A stretch of 64,000 nt of DNA from Blastocystis sp. Blastoise (GCA_039096225.1 JBBPEB010000015.1:1116001-1180000), one strand, 5' to 3'. Counted from the stretch's first letter, positions 11,064-25,846 are shown. The notes: generated by a model not told the origin, from the letters alone. Program-made: numbers and translations.

Positions 11064-13725
11064 ATGAAGCCATTTACACACGGAAAAGATCCTAGAAAGA
11101 TGGAATGGGGTCCATTGACTTCTGTTTTGATGGTTGCCTTCATGGATTCGTTTTGTTATCAACTTATTTATCCGAATCTTGCATTTATGATCAAAGATTT
11201 CTTTCCTGGAATCAATGATACAGATATTGGATATTATTCTGGTGTTTTGACTGCTGCTTATTCTCTTGGAGGTATTCCAGGAAGTTTATTTTGGGGATGG
11301 TTTGCTGATAGATATGGGCGTCGAAAGTGTTTTTTGATTAGTCTTATTTGTATATTTATTTGTATGAATGCATTTGGATTAACAATGAATTTCTATGGTT
11401 CAGTTGCAATACGAGTTATTTGGGGATTTGCTAATGGTATTTTAGGTGCAACGAAAACATATATCAGTGAGATTTGTACAGATCATACACAGGCATTTGG
11501 TTTTGCTTTATTTAGTGCAATTGGAGGTGTTGCAGGTGTTTTTGGTCCTGTTCTAGGAGGTTTACTTGCAAAACCAGAACGTAATTTCCCTGGAATTGCA
11601 ATTGCAATTCCATTTTTAAGAGAATATCCTTATTATCTTCCTTGTTTTGTGGGAGGAATTGTGAATATTTTAGTAATCTTTTTAGTTATTTTCTGTCTTC
11701 CAGAAACACTTACCGATGAAGAAATCAAGAAGAATAATGAAAATAAATTATTAACGCAAGTAACTTATTATTATATATATATAGAAATATAGGACTAAAA
11801 TAATAATTGTTGAGATCTTATTCTTATTTATTAATATAGAAATCAATCAAAGAAGTACTTGATAAGAAGAAAAATGATTCAAAATATCAATTAACAGAAG
11901 AAGGTATGCTATTATATATTTATAGTGTATATCATTCATATATGTATATATTTATATATGTATATATTTATGTATGTATATGATTCATATAATATTATAT
12001 ATATATAGAAATTGAGTTAGAGTTATGGTCACAAGATAATTATTGGACAATTGGTGTCAATAAAGTCGTTGTTGTGTCATGTCTTCTCTATTGTATATAT
12101 GTATATAATACTATTCTGGTTATTAAAGAATATATATTATTACTTAATATTCTTAGTACTTATTTCCTTTGCTCAAGCTGCTCAAGATGCTCTTTTCCCT
12201 CTTTTTCTTCTAAATCCTAAAGATATCCTAATAATCTATATATTATATAATGTTATTATCTTACTGATTCATTTTTTACAATATTTTAGTTTTAATTTGT
12301 AATATATATATATTCTTAATTTATTAACAAGATCATGGATTTGAGTTTGATCAAACAGATATTGGTATATATACTACATTCATCTTATGCTTTTTCTACT
12401 ATATCTCTTCTATAGGATATGTATTTTCTGGTACTGTTATTGCACAAGCTTTATGCTCTCGTATATATACATATATTAATTTTATTCCTTATATACTACA
12501 ATACATATATTCTTCAATTACCTCTTTATATTCTTCTCCTATATTATAAATCATTATAAATCTCTCTCTTTATACCTACTTACTTAATTCTCTAGCACTT
12601 CTTTTACCTCTACTTCAAAAGTTCCTCTCCTATCGTCACACATACCTCATTTTCATGATTATTTATGGCTTTTGCAATCTCTTAACTCCTTTACTAGGTC
12701 TTCTTTCCTATGAAAACAAAACAGTAATTATTATTATATATAAATATAATAATAAAATAAGTTCAATTAATTGTTTTATAAATACTTATTAATCATATTA
12801 TTATAAATATATTATTATTATAGATTCAATGGTTTTGGTGCAATTTCTATTTCTCTTTCTCTTATGCTATTAGAATCTTAGCTTTTGCATATCCACTATA
12901 TTTTTTTGAGTTTTTATCATCTTAATATCTTAATTATTAATATCTTAATTATTTACTATAAGATATGTTTTCCTTAATAATTATACAGGATGCATGGTAT
13001 TGATTTCAAATTCTATTTTCTCTAATTTTAGAAGTAAAGTGAATGGTCTTGGTCAAGTATATGCCTCTGTTGGACGATTCTTGGTATATATTATTATATA
13101 TTATAGATAATCATTTAATTTATATTTTATTTATCTATCATTTAATATATTCATATATTATATTTATAGTTAATCCATTTAATATATTCATATTATATTA
13201 ATAGTTAATCCATTTAATATATTCATATTATATTTATAGTTAATCCATTTAATATATTCATATTATATTAATAGTTAATCCATTTAATATATTCATATTA
13301 TATTTATATATATATTTATATAGGGACCACTTATCTTCACTAGTCTCTTTGCATGGTCAACTTCTTCGGGTAATTCTTTCCCTTTTGATTATGGATTTGT
13401 CTTTTATGTATATATGAATCTATTACTTTTTATATATATTATATATTAATTATATATACATTTAATATATATATATATATAGTTATTATTCTTTGTCTGT
13501 ATTTTTTCAGGATTTTTAGCTTTATATATACCAAAACATGTGAATGATTTGCCTCCTACTGTCCATGAATATGCCAAACATCTGTATTCTATTCAACATG
13601 ATATTGAACTAAATAACGTCAATATATCAGAAAAGAAAGAAATTGCTTCTGATGATAAAGAAGATGTGAATAAAGTAATCAATAAAGTCAACCAAGACTC
13701 GAATGAAAAAATTACACCTTCTTAA
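11064..13725 (+). CDS. MFS transporter, ZIFL/DHA1-like, paralogue B
   Basis: 696-nt first exon with [32 protein letters not shown] and GPVLGGLLA. Downstream exons are colinear with paralogue A; stop TAA 13725. Confidence 0.92.
12223..12328 (+). other. U12-type AT-AC intron (MFS B, site 1)
   Basis: Donor ATATCCTA, branch TTCTTAAT at 12313-12320, acceptor AC. Gives LLNPK-E-DHGFEFDQ, at the same position as in A. Confidence 0.9.
12889..12986 (+). other. U12-type AT-AC intron (MFS B, site 2)
   Basis: Donor ATATCCAC, branch TTTTCCTTAAT, acceptor AC; the adjacent AG would frameshift. Gives [26 protein letters not shown]. Confidence 0.9.
13140..13310. repeat. About 35-bp tandem repeat in an MFS B intron
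   Basis: Unit AGTTAATCCATTTAATATATTCATATTATATT(T/A)AT, four full copies plus a partial copy. Confidence 0.85.
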
Positions 13726-14391
13726 ACTATACAGAATAATTTATAATCAATGTTAACATATTTAAATACGTTTATTTTTTATTTTTAGAAAACACGTTTT
13801 GTTTTCGTATAATAATAATATTCTAATTATGTTATTGCTTTTTTCATAATCATAGAATATATTAATTATCGATAAATAGTAGTTTATCTATGTACTCACA
13901 ATTTGTGATTCATTTTGTATGTAATTCGTGTTGTTTTGTTTTTATAGGCATGTATCAATTTTAAATAAAAAATAAGCTCTTCATTAAGATTATTTTTTAT
14001 TCCTTTTATATAATAAAACCTTTTTTATAATTAAAAAAACAATTCGAAACACTATTACTATAAAGATTTCTCCATTTTGATGATTTCATCCAATATTGTG
14101 TTTTCTCTTAAGAGATCTTATTGGTTAAATCGTTATCGTCGATTTAGGTTTAACTTAGTTTTTTCTTATCTCAAAAACGTGGTTATTTGATCTTTTCTTG
14201 AGGGAAACTATTAATAACCATGAGTTACTCATTGCCTTTTATTTCATCCAATAGAAAACTAAAGAACAAATAGAAATCCGATTATCAAAAAACGAATAGC
14301 CATAAATGAATGGGAAGAATTTAGATAAATCTTTTATTTTAGTGATAATAAGATTTCTTGACATTATATTATATATATTTGACTAATAAAG

Positions 14392-17346
14392 ATGAAAGTA
14401 TTTGACCGTAGCAGTTATAATGGACAATTTCCTTATGGTCCTATAATTGCAGTTTGTTGTGTGACTTTTCTTGATCAATTTTCTCAACAACTAATAACTC
14501 CAACTATACCATTTATTGTTAAATCTTTTTATCCTGATGTATTTCTATATTTATTTGTGTTTCTTTTTCATAAAAAACACTATCGAATCTTATCTTATGA
14601 TTTGATATTATTAGTTGAATGATACTGAACTTGGATATTATGCTGGTTATTTGAATGCTTCTTTCTCACTTGGTAATATTCCAGGAAGTTTATTCTGGGG
14701 TTGGTATGCAGATCGAGTCGGAAGACGAAACTGCTTTCTTACAACCTTAACAGGTACGAATTGATGCAATAATTATCATTTATCCAGCTATAATATGAAA
14801 ATAATTATCCATTCTATTCGATAGGTGTATTCATATTATCGAATTTATTTGGAATATCTCCGAATTATGCTTTGGCTATCGTTTTTCGTGCATTATGGGG
14901 ATTTTTCCAAGGTAATGTTGGTCCTGCAAAGACTTATATTAGTGAAGTATGTACTCCAAAACAACAGGCACTTGGATTTTCGTTGTTTATTGCAGCTGCT
15001 GGTATTTCGAAGTAAGTTATAAAAAAATGATTGAATTGTCAAACAATAAATATGCAATATTTTATAGTTTTGTAGGTCCAACTGTTGGTGGTCTATTATC
15101 CAATTCCGATACTAACTTTCCTGCTCTAGTTAAAGCGATTCCTTTTTTAAAACAAGTATTTCTTCTTTCATTATTTATTTATATACCTTGTTTATATAGT
15201 ATAAATTCTATTTACCATGTTTTGTAGCCTCTATATTAATGTTATGTGTATTCTTCGAAGTTTTATTTATTGTTCCTGAGACATTGACTAAGAAACAGAT
15301 CAAAGTCAATGATGAAATGAAACATCAAACAAAAGTATTTTTTGATATATATCATTTAAATATATTTATATAGAAATTGTTATTAGAAGTAACAGAAAAA
15401 CAAAAGAAGGATCCAAATTATATGTTATCTGAAAAAGGTAATTTACTCTTTTTTTTTTAATTATCATATGTTAAAATTTAAAATATATTATTTTTCTATA
15501 AATTTTGAATATATAGAAATAGAAATAAAATTATGGGGTCAAGATAATTATATATCTGTTATAAAGAATAAGGATGTTCTTATTTCTGCTTCCTGTTATT
15601 GTATATTATCATTTATTATTATATAGTAATATATTATATATTATTATTCTACTTATTATTGATTATTTGTTTATTCTATTTTACTCTATAGTCTTATTAG
15701 CAGTTATTCAAGGAGCACAAGATTCTATTTATCCTGTATGGCTTCTTAATGATAAAGATATCTTTTTATTATATATTTATATATATATAATTGTTTTTAA
15801 TTCATCTTCTTTCTCATCAATTATTATTATTTCTTAATAATTTTTACAACATCATGGATTTGGATTTGATCAAACACAATTAGGTATATTTACACCATAT
15901 TAAATATATATTAGTATATATTCTATTTATTTAGGTTACTTAACATCTGGAAATTGTGTTGCTTTTATCTTTTCCTCTCGTATATATAGATTATAAATAG
16001 AGTTTTTACTAATTATTTCTATAAATATATAGCACTTCTTCTTCCTCAATTATCTCGTCTTTTCAACTATACCACTATTTTTACGGCTACAAGTATTCTT
16101 TTTGGTTTATTATTATGGATAGCCCCTGTTTCTGGAATTATGACTGAATCACCTGAATGGGTATAGAATACTATTTGTTTTTAATGTTATCTATTTATTG
16201 TATATAGTCTCAATGGTTTGTTACTAACTTTTTATATGGTTTAGCTCTTGGAATTCGTATTCTTGCGTTTGGATATCCTTTAATAACTTTATAGTTATCC
16301 TCTTTTTTTATCATTTTATTATTTATTATAGTATGCAATATATTTGTTATGACATTGTTTATTATATTATTTGTTCATTATTATAAATAGTTTTAAATAT
16401 CTTATTTATATTATAAATAGTTTTAAATATTTTATTTATATTATATATAATTTTAAATATAAATTATATAGTTTATATAAAAACTGTTTAAAATATATAC
16501 ATTATTTATTATATATAATATATTATTTCCTCTATTTCATGATTATATTCTTAATTAATATACTGCTACAATTGTTTTGGTTACAAACGCCACATATTCA
16601 AACTTTAGAAGTAAAGTGAATGGATTTGCTCAAGTCTGCTCTGCTTTCGGAAGAACTATTGTATATATAAATATTATATCTCATGATATCCGCTTTTTTT
16701 AACATTTCAATATTATACACTATGTATTTGATTTGATTTATATTATTCTATTTATATAGGGTCCAATATTAGGAACAAATTTATTTGCTTGGTCTATTGC
16801 TGAAACACGTTCATTCCCCTTTGATTATGGATTTGCTTTTTATGTATATATATATTTTTAAATATATATATAGCATTAGTATATGAATATTAATATATAA
16901 ATGTATGAAATATTATTATTATTCTATTATTAATTCTATTATAGGCAGATGGCTTATTATCTATTATATCTTCTTGTATTCCTATATTTATGCGTAAAGA
17001 TATTAATTGTCCTCCTCCTTCAGTTAGTGAATATGCACATACTCTATATATAAACTCTAGTAAAGATGTAGAATTACAAGTATCACCTAGTGAGGATATT
17101 ATAAATGAAACTAAAACTGAAACAGAAGATATGAAGAATGATCATAATGATAGTAAGAAAGATACTATAACTAATACTACATTGGAAGAGGAAGATAAAG
17201 CAAAAAAGTTAGACAGTCAATCATTTTCTAATTTAAACAGTACTTCTCACCAACTAGAAACAAATGATACTAATAATAGTATCAATCATGAAAATAATAT
17301 TCCTATTTCTATAAAAACTACTGAATCTAGTTCTGAAACAAAGTAA
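14392..17346 (+). CDS. MFS transporter, ZIFL/DHA1-like, paralogue C
   Basis: [56 protein letters not shown]. Intron positions are shared with A and B; stop TAA 17346. Confidence 0.92.
15758..15847 (+). other. U12-type AT-AC intron (MFS C, site 1)
   Basis: Donor ATATCTTT, branch TTTCTTAAT, acceptor AC. Gives [15 protein letters not shown]. Confidence 0.88.
16273..16563 (+). other. U12-type AT-AC intron (MFS C, site 2)
   Basis: Donor ATATCCTT, branch TTCTTAAT at 16548-16555, acceptor AC. Gives [26 protein letters not shown]. Confidence 0.92.
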
Positions 17347-18294
17347 TATCAATATATAAAGAATAAACATTCTAAATGCTCCTTATATTTTTTCAAAAAA
17401 AAATTTCTAAAGATATTATTTATATTTTAATTTTTTTCATTCATTTTTTTATTAGCTATATATGTAGATTTAAATTTTAACTTTTTGTTTTATTTGTGAT
17501 TCTATTATGTATTATAAATACTATATTTTATTTCTTATTAGTTGCTTTTAAAAGAAGACAAAAATTCAATACACAACGAAGAAACACAAATATATCAGCT
17601 GTTTTCAATAAATCTCTATTCATTTTTTTTTAATATTATATTATCAATGTATATTATTCCTTAATATATCAAAACTTATTCTCTTTTTAAAACACTGCTC
17701 TTTTATTAAAAAAAAAATATTGGGTTTCTCATTTCCCAATCGAATTCTCTGTTATATGCAATATTGCGACCTCATTTTTTGATTATTGTAGAATAATTGA
17801 TGTCTTTTAATAATTTTGATTATCATTTTTTAAATGTCATTTCTATCATTCTCTGAAAGAGAATGCGAACTAATAAATTAAGGATACATATATTTTAAAC
17901 TTTTCTTATAAACGGTTTATTGTAAATAATTGTGATCATAATTCTTAAAAAAATATATTATTGTTTTAAAGAAATCTATGTTTATTGATTTAGGGGATAT
18001 GTTATAGATGACCTAAACATAATAATAGTTTTTTCTATTTAAAATATGAATCATATATCTATAATTGACCATATTCTCTCTCTTTTTTGGTCCAGTCGGT
18101 TTAATTATCTTTTCTTTAAATCCATTGATCTATAATACTATTTATTGGCTGTTTATATCCTGATCGTTTGATTGAATAATTCTCTAGGAAAGCCCAATAA
18201 AATCAACGATACATTAATTCAACGAGCTTTGCTTAGAATGGTGAATTGGAATTGTGTAATTGCAGACTTTATTAACATTTTTGTTTTTGTTAAA

Positions 18295-21185
18295 ATGAAA
18301 TCGTTATTGTTTATTTATTTTATTTGTTGTGCATTTGCATATAAGAATTTTGTTACCTACGACCAGGTTCGTGGAAACCCTTACTCTGTCACTTATGATA
18401 ATCGTACATTCTTCATTAATGGCACCAGAACACTTATTCTTGGAGGTAGTGTTCATTATCCAAGAGTTACAGCCAGTATACAATATTTATTTATCATTAT
18501 CTTTTAATTCTTCTAAAATAGTTCAACAAGAAATTCTCTTCAAAGAGATGAAACAAGATGGAAACAACGTTGTTGAAACTTATTTATTCTGGAACATTCA
18601 TGAGCCTGTGAAACGACAATATACCTGGGAAGGCTTGGCTGATTTAATTGGCTATATTGAGAGAGCGGCTAAGAATGACTTGTTTGTTATGGTTCGTCTT
18701 GGACCGTATTTATATAATATTTAGAGTTTTAAAAAATCAATAATATTTTTACATTTTTTTAAATATTTAGTTATATTAATGCTGAATGGCTTAACGGTGG
18801 TTTACCTACATGGCTTATGGAAGATCCTAAAATACGTATGAGAATTAATAATACTGCATATATGGAAGTAAGAGTTATTGATATTTTGCAAAATATTGTT
18901 TGTGTTTTTTTTAGGAAGTCAAAACTTGGATCACACTTGCTTATACTAAACTAGAACCTTATTTATGTCATCATGGAGGTCCTATTCTTATGCTTGGAGT
19001 ATACTGAATATATTATTTGAATTTATTAGTTTATAGTTTATTTCATTATACTATATATATACTATTATTCTGTAGATTGAAAATGAATTCTTTTATCATT
19101 CTCCTGGTTCTGAAGAGTATCGTAATTTCTTTACTCAACTTGCTCTATCTTTAGATGTAAATATATATAATAATGATATTATTATTTTTCTTTTATTAAT
19201 ATATAATAATGATATTTTATTTTTTATTTTTATTAATATATATAATAATGATATTATTATTTTTCTTTTATTAATAAATAATAATGTATATTATTTTTCT
19301 CTTTATTAATATATATAATAATGATATTATTATTTTTCTTTTTATTAATATATAATAATAATATTATATTATGTATATAAAGTCTTCTATTCCATGGGTA
19401 TCTCATAACAGTCCTGTGAAACTTCCCATTATTGATACTGATGGAATACATGTATCTGATAAATTTGGATGGATGGAAAATCATGGATGGGGAGGTCATG
19501 TATATATATATATATATAATTATTCTATTGCTATTTTTTTATGTTTTACAACCTATATCTATTTATTATTATTATTAATTATTATATATAGGCAATGATT
19601 GATACTCCTGTTTTTGTTGATGAAGATGAACTCTGGTTCACTTCTTGGGGACAATCAAATCCGTATATATATATATATATGTATCATCTAAATATGCTAT
19701 TTGTTTACTATATTTGCTATTTAATAACGATTATATATAGTGAAGACCAGCAATCTCCTGTTAACACAAATAGAGGTGTCTATGATACTATGTATACATA
19801 TCTTAGATATCTTGCTAGAGGAGGGTATATATATATATTTATAATATATAAATACAATTTTATTCCATTAAAAAATATTCTTATTTTCTCTAATAATTAT
19901 AGTTATCAACATATATTTTACATGTATTACGGAGGTAATCATTATGGTCCTTATGCTGGTGGTGCTACTACAACTGCCTATGCTAATGGAGGTATATACC
20001 TATATATATAATCTATTTATTATATTACACATTTATCTTTATATATTATATTTAATTATTCTCTATAACTTTATTATCCTTAGCTATTTATCATTCTGAT
20101 ATGCTTCCAAATGAACCTCTACATACACATATGGCTCATTTCCAACGCCTTTTACCCTCAATTGCAGATATATTAACTGAATGTCCTCCACAAATATTTA
20201 TTAAAGAACTTATTGAAACAGATACAGAGTAATATTTTTAATTTATATACTATTCTATAGCATTCAATTGTTTGTTAATATTTTAAATAAGAATAACATT
20301 TACATATTCATTTTTTTTTATTTATTTAGAAATCAATTTGTAGAAGTATATACTTGTAGTAATAGATATGGAACAATCAAATTTATGGATAATTATAATG
20401 ATAAACCTCATGAAATTATTTATGAATCAAAATCATTCTATTTATCTCCTAAGACCGCTGTAATCACTAGAAATAATGGAGTTATCTATAATACTACAAG
20501 TGTTGATCGTATATATATATTGATTCTAATTTATATATATTATATACATAATATATACAATATATATTATATATATATTCAAAAATACAAATTTTATTTT
20601 TATATAATTATTCTTTTTTTTTCAATATCTATGTTTTCTATATTTAGAGCATGTTGCTTATACTCGTAAATATTATCCAGCTACTGCTCCTCTTACTTGG
20701 ACTGTATATATAATGTCTTATTAAATAATATATATTATACATATTATTTACTCTGTATTATTACTCTATTTATGAAATATATAGAAATGGAAAGAAGATA
20801 TATATGCTGAAGATGAAAAGCAAAAAGTAATGGATCAAGAAACTCCTAATAATCATTTACCTGTATATATATTATATATATATTATTAATCTATATATTA
20901 TAGACTTTACCTGGTTATTTTTCTGAGTATGCAGTATATCAATCTAAATTTACTTTTTCTTCTAAATCGACTTTATATACTACTAATGATACATGTACTG
21001 CTGAGTTCCATGGAGATAGTGGCGCTTGTTTTGGTATTTATATAGATGATCAATTTATCAATGAAGTCTGTAATAAAGAACATACCGTTCATAAGGAAAT
21101 AAAATATACTATTGAGAAGATTCTTATCACTCCAGGTGACCATAAGATAGCTATTCTAAGTGAAGTATATAATATTTATTTATAG

Positions 21186-21224
<39 letters not shown>

Positions 21225-22087
21225 TTGGGTTTAGAGAATAGTATGGATGAGAATTTATCTCAAGATATGATGTTTAAAGGAATGAGAGGTGATTTCAAAT
21301 TATGTATTTATATATTATTATGATGTTTATTATTATTATTATTTATATATGATTATTATATATCTTATTTAGGTGGTATGACTATAAAGAATTGGCATGT
21401 TAAAGGAGGCCTTCAAGGAGAAATAAAAGAAATGTATATTATGATGTTAATTATGTTTAGCATTATATGTTTATTATTATTATATTTATTATTATTATAA
21501 TATTTATTTTATTTTTATATGTTTATTATTATTATATTTATTATTTTTATATGTTTATTATTATTTTTTTTTTTATATTATTTTTATTTTATTTATATAG
21601 CTACCATAGTTTTATAATAATATAATAATAATTATTTTTCTTATCATTATCATTATATAGATTTTCTGATAGTAAGCAAGTAGAATGGTCTTCTATAACT
21701 CAAGAAGATGAACCTTTAACTTGGTATAAGACAACATTCACTTTATTAGATTCTGTATGTAATGGAAATATATACTGTAGTTATAAGAAAGGTCAACAAG
21801 TATTAGGACCTAACAAACCTTTACTTCTTAATGTGAATAGATTTGGTCGTGGTTATGCTTATATAAATGGTCACAACCTTGGTAGATATTGGAGTATTTA
21901 CGCAAATCAAGGAAAATATACTCAACAATACTATAATATTCCTTATGATTTTATTAATGTATGTTAATCAGCTCTTATTTTCTATATATTTCTATAGCTT
22001 GAAGGTGAGAATGAATTAATTTTATCTAATGTCTATAAGAGTGCTGATGTTTCTCAAGTTGAGGTTCAAATTACTTCTCAATATTAA
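18295..22087 (+). CDS. Secreted glycoside hydrolase family 35 beta-galactosidase
   Basis: Signal peptide MKSLLFIYFICCAFA. GH35 motifs VTYDNRTFFING, GGSVHYPR, ETYLFWNIHEP, RLGPYINAEWLNGGLP, GGPILMLGIENE (acid/base), FYMYYGGNHYG, GRGYAYINGHNLGRYW. About 16 GT-AG introns. Confidence 0.93.
19160..19370. repeat. Degenerate, roughly 40-bp tandem repeat in a GH35 intron
   Basis: Recurrent ATATATAATAATGATATTATTATTTTTCTTTTATTAAT, about 5 copies. Confidence 0.75.
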
Positions 22088-22870
22088 ATTGAAATAATTC
22101 TATCTTACTCTAATCAGTAAATATTTTATTTTTAAAAAAATAGCTTGTTTCTTTATTAGTTACACAGATGAAATTTTGTAATTATTTTTGTGCTCTATTT
22201 TCATACTCAAAAATGACATCTAACTCTTTATATATATATACAAACAATATCCATGTTTTTATATACTGATATAATTAGGACATTGAACATCATTTTTTTA
22301 TCATTATAACTTTGTAGTTGAATAACTTTATTTAGATCGTAGTCTTTATTACTTTACAGAAGACGAATAACCAAAAATAGACTCGTATTTTGGAATAAAA
22401 TGACTGATCAATAACAAAATTGGTATTCGTTTCAAAAAAATAACAGAGAATAAAGAATTTCTAATCGAAGTTCGAAATTTTAGCGAATGGTATTCCTATA
22501 CAAGAAATATTATTGGATAAAAACCATATTTCTATAGTATCATTGGTTAACAAATCCATGATGAAAAAGAACAAACCAATCTCAATGGAATATTCTAGAG
22601 AGTTTAACCGTTACGGTAGTATAGGAATGACATTATTTTGGGGAATTATCTGTGTTTTCCCCGTAATTATTTTAAATGAAATCTTGGATCAGTTGTTCAG
22701 TATTCGTCATAAATTCATAATAACCATACAAAAAGAACAATCATTTGGAAATTACGTCTGAGATGGACGTCTTTTCTTGGATTTCTATAATTCTTAGAAG
22801 TCCAACACATTTTTTGATTATCAAAAACTACTGTTAATCATTTTTTATTAATTATTTTAAATTATTTACC

Positions 22871-25846
22871 ATGAATTACGGGGATTTTAATTATTGCTTT
22901 GAAGTTGAACCTGCTAAGGCTGGACATAGTGCTATTTGCCGTTCTAATCAATGCCCTAATCATGTGAATGTTTCTAAATATTATCCTGAAGTTGAAACAT
23001 GGTATGTTTTTTATTAAATATCTGTTGCTGTTGTTTTATTTTATTTATTCTTTTATTGTTATATATTTATATAATGTGTGAAATGATTTGAATTTCAAAT
23101 ATACTATGATTGATATAAATAAATTTATTAATTACCGTTTCTATCCTTAAAAATAATATAGTTATGATTGTTTCCAAAGAGGTAAACGTCTTTCTCCTAA
23201 TGGTCCTTGCTATGGTTACCGTCCTGTATATATATATTAATGTTATTAAAGAATATTTATATTAATATATATATATATATTTCTATTTCATATATTATAA
23301 ACACTATTAATTTATAATATTATAGGTTGTTGATGGAGTTGCTCAAGATTATAAATGGGAAACTTTTAATGAATTCTGGGAAAGAATTCAAAATTTTGGT
23401 TCTGGCCTAAAATATCTTAATCTTGTTCCTGCTAACTGTGGTGTATATATTATATAATATATATTTATAATATATATTTATAATAGAATAATATTATATT
23501 ATATATCTTTATAATACTATTATATAATATTATTATATAATTATCACATAATTTAATAACAATTAATAATAGTAATAATATCTATATGTTGATATATAGT
23601 ATAGTTGTATTGGTCTTTTCTGTAAGAATTGTATGGAATGGGTATTAACTGCACAAGCTGCTTATGCTTATCAATTAACTATTGTACCTATATATGATAC
23701 TTTAGGAGCTGAATCTGTAGAATTTATTGTTTCTCAAACTAAGATGAATTGTGCTGTTTGTTCTCAATTAGAAATGATGAAATTATTAGCTCTTGCTGAG
23801 ACTATAAAGACCCTTAAAGCTATTATTCAAATTGAAGAAGTTTCAGATAATGATAGAAAAGTAGCTAATGAAGCTGGTGTTACTATGTATAGTGTTGCAG
23901 AAATTGAAAAGATTGGTTCTGAACATCGTAGTGCTCCTATTCCTCCTAATCCTGATGATGTTCATACTATTTGTTATACTTCAGGTACTACTGGTAAAGC
24001 TAAAGGTGCTTTATATACACATCGTCAATCTATGTCTTGTTTAGCTGGTTGTTTATTTACTGGTATTAATACAAATCCTGGTGACCGTTATTTATCTTAT
24101 TTACCTCTTGCTCATGTCTTAGAAAGATTATTAGAAGATGCTATTACTATTAATGGTGCTGCTATTGGTTTCTATCAAGGATCTACTAAGCTTATTCTTG
24201 ATGATATTAAAGCTTTAAGACCTACTCTTTTCACATCGGTTCCTAGATTGTATGTTAGAATTTATTATTATTAGATATTTTAAATATTATTTTTATAAAA
24301 TTTTATTATTATTTATAATATATATCTATATAGATTAAACAAGATTTATGATGCTATTAATGCTAAAGTGAAAGCTAAAGGTGGTATTGCTGAATATTTA
24401 TTTTATAAAGGTATTGCTGCCAAGAAGTATCAAATGACTCATGGAGGTAGTAATTATCATTGGTTCTATGATAATTTTGTCTTTAATACTGTATATATTT
24501 ATTTTATTTTTAATATTTTTATATGTTTTTTTTTTTTATTATTATTTTTTTTTATTATTTATTTTAATTTTTTTTAATATTTATTGTATATATATTATAT
24601 ATATATATATATTCCTACAATACTAAGCTTTCTGTATATATAGGTAAAGGCTACAATTGGTTTAGATGCTGATCGTTTGACTATTTCTGGATCTGCTCCT
24701 TTATCTACGGAAGTCTTAGATTTCTTTAGATGTGTATTAGGAGGTATTGTTGTTGAAGGATATGGTTCTACTGAAACTGCTGCTGCTACAGGTCTTCAAG
24801 TTGGATGGGATTACTCTTGTGGTATATATTTTTTATATATTATTATTTTATTTTATTTTATTTTTTTTTATTTTTTTTTTATTTTTTTATTTTATTATTA
24901 TTTACATATATATTAATTAAAGACAGAATAATATTATATTATTACTTATATAGGTAACATTGGTGGTCCTCTTGCTTGTTGTGATTTCAAGGTAGTTGAT
25001 GTTCCTGAAATGAATTACTTTACTACTGATAGATATCATAATGATATTCCTTGTCTTGCTAGAGGTGAATTATGTATTCGTGGATATAATGTTAGTCCTG
25101 GTTATTTTGAGAATCCTGAAGAAACAGCTGCTGCTTTTGATTCTGAAGGATTCTTCCATACTGGTGATGTTGCTGTTATCTTACCTAATTATTCATTCAA
25201 AGTACATATATATATTAACATTATTTTTAATTTATTTTATTTATTGATTTTTTCTTACATACATATATATATATTATTTTATTTTATTTTATTTTAGATT
25301 GTTGATAGAAAGAAGAATTTCTTCAAATTATCTCAAGGTGAATATGTTGCTGCTGAAAAATTAGAAATTATTTATGGTAATTCTCCTTTTATATCTCAAA
25401 TTTTTGTTTATGGTAATAGTCTTGAAAATTATTTGGTAGCTATTATTGTTGCTGATGAAGGTTATACTAAGAAATGGGCTAGAGATAATAATCATTCTGA
25501 TTTAACATTCAAACAAATTACTGATTTAGATGAATATAAAAATGCTCTTAAACAAGATTTAGCTCGTTTATTCACTGAAAATGGCTTAAGAGGATTTGAA
25601 AGAATTGTAAAGTTTGAAATTGAAACTGAAGCTTGGAGTTCTGATAATGGTCTTTTAACACCTACTTTCAAATTAAAGAGAAATGCTGTGAAAGCCAAGT
25701 ATATTTATATTTTTTATATTTATATTTATTTATTTTTTATATTTATATATATATTTTAATATTTATTTATATTCACTTTGCATAATTATTATCTTTTTTT
25801 ATATAGGTATGAACAAGAATTAAATACTTTATATACTAAAAATTAA
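22871..25846 (+). CDS. Long-chain fatty acyl-CoA synthetase (LACS/ACSL)
   Basis: AMP-binding motifs [80 protein letters not shown]. Confidence 0.95.

Noticed and set aside
21755-21780. GTATGT...TGTAG 26-nt mini-intron candidate in GH35
   Set aside because: Removing it creates an immediate stop, while the unspliced frame is open and reaches GRGYAYING.
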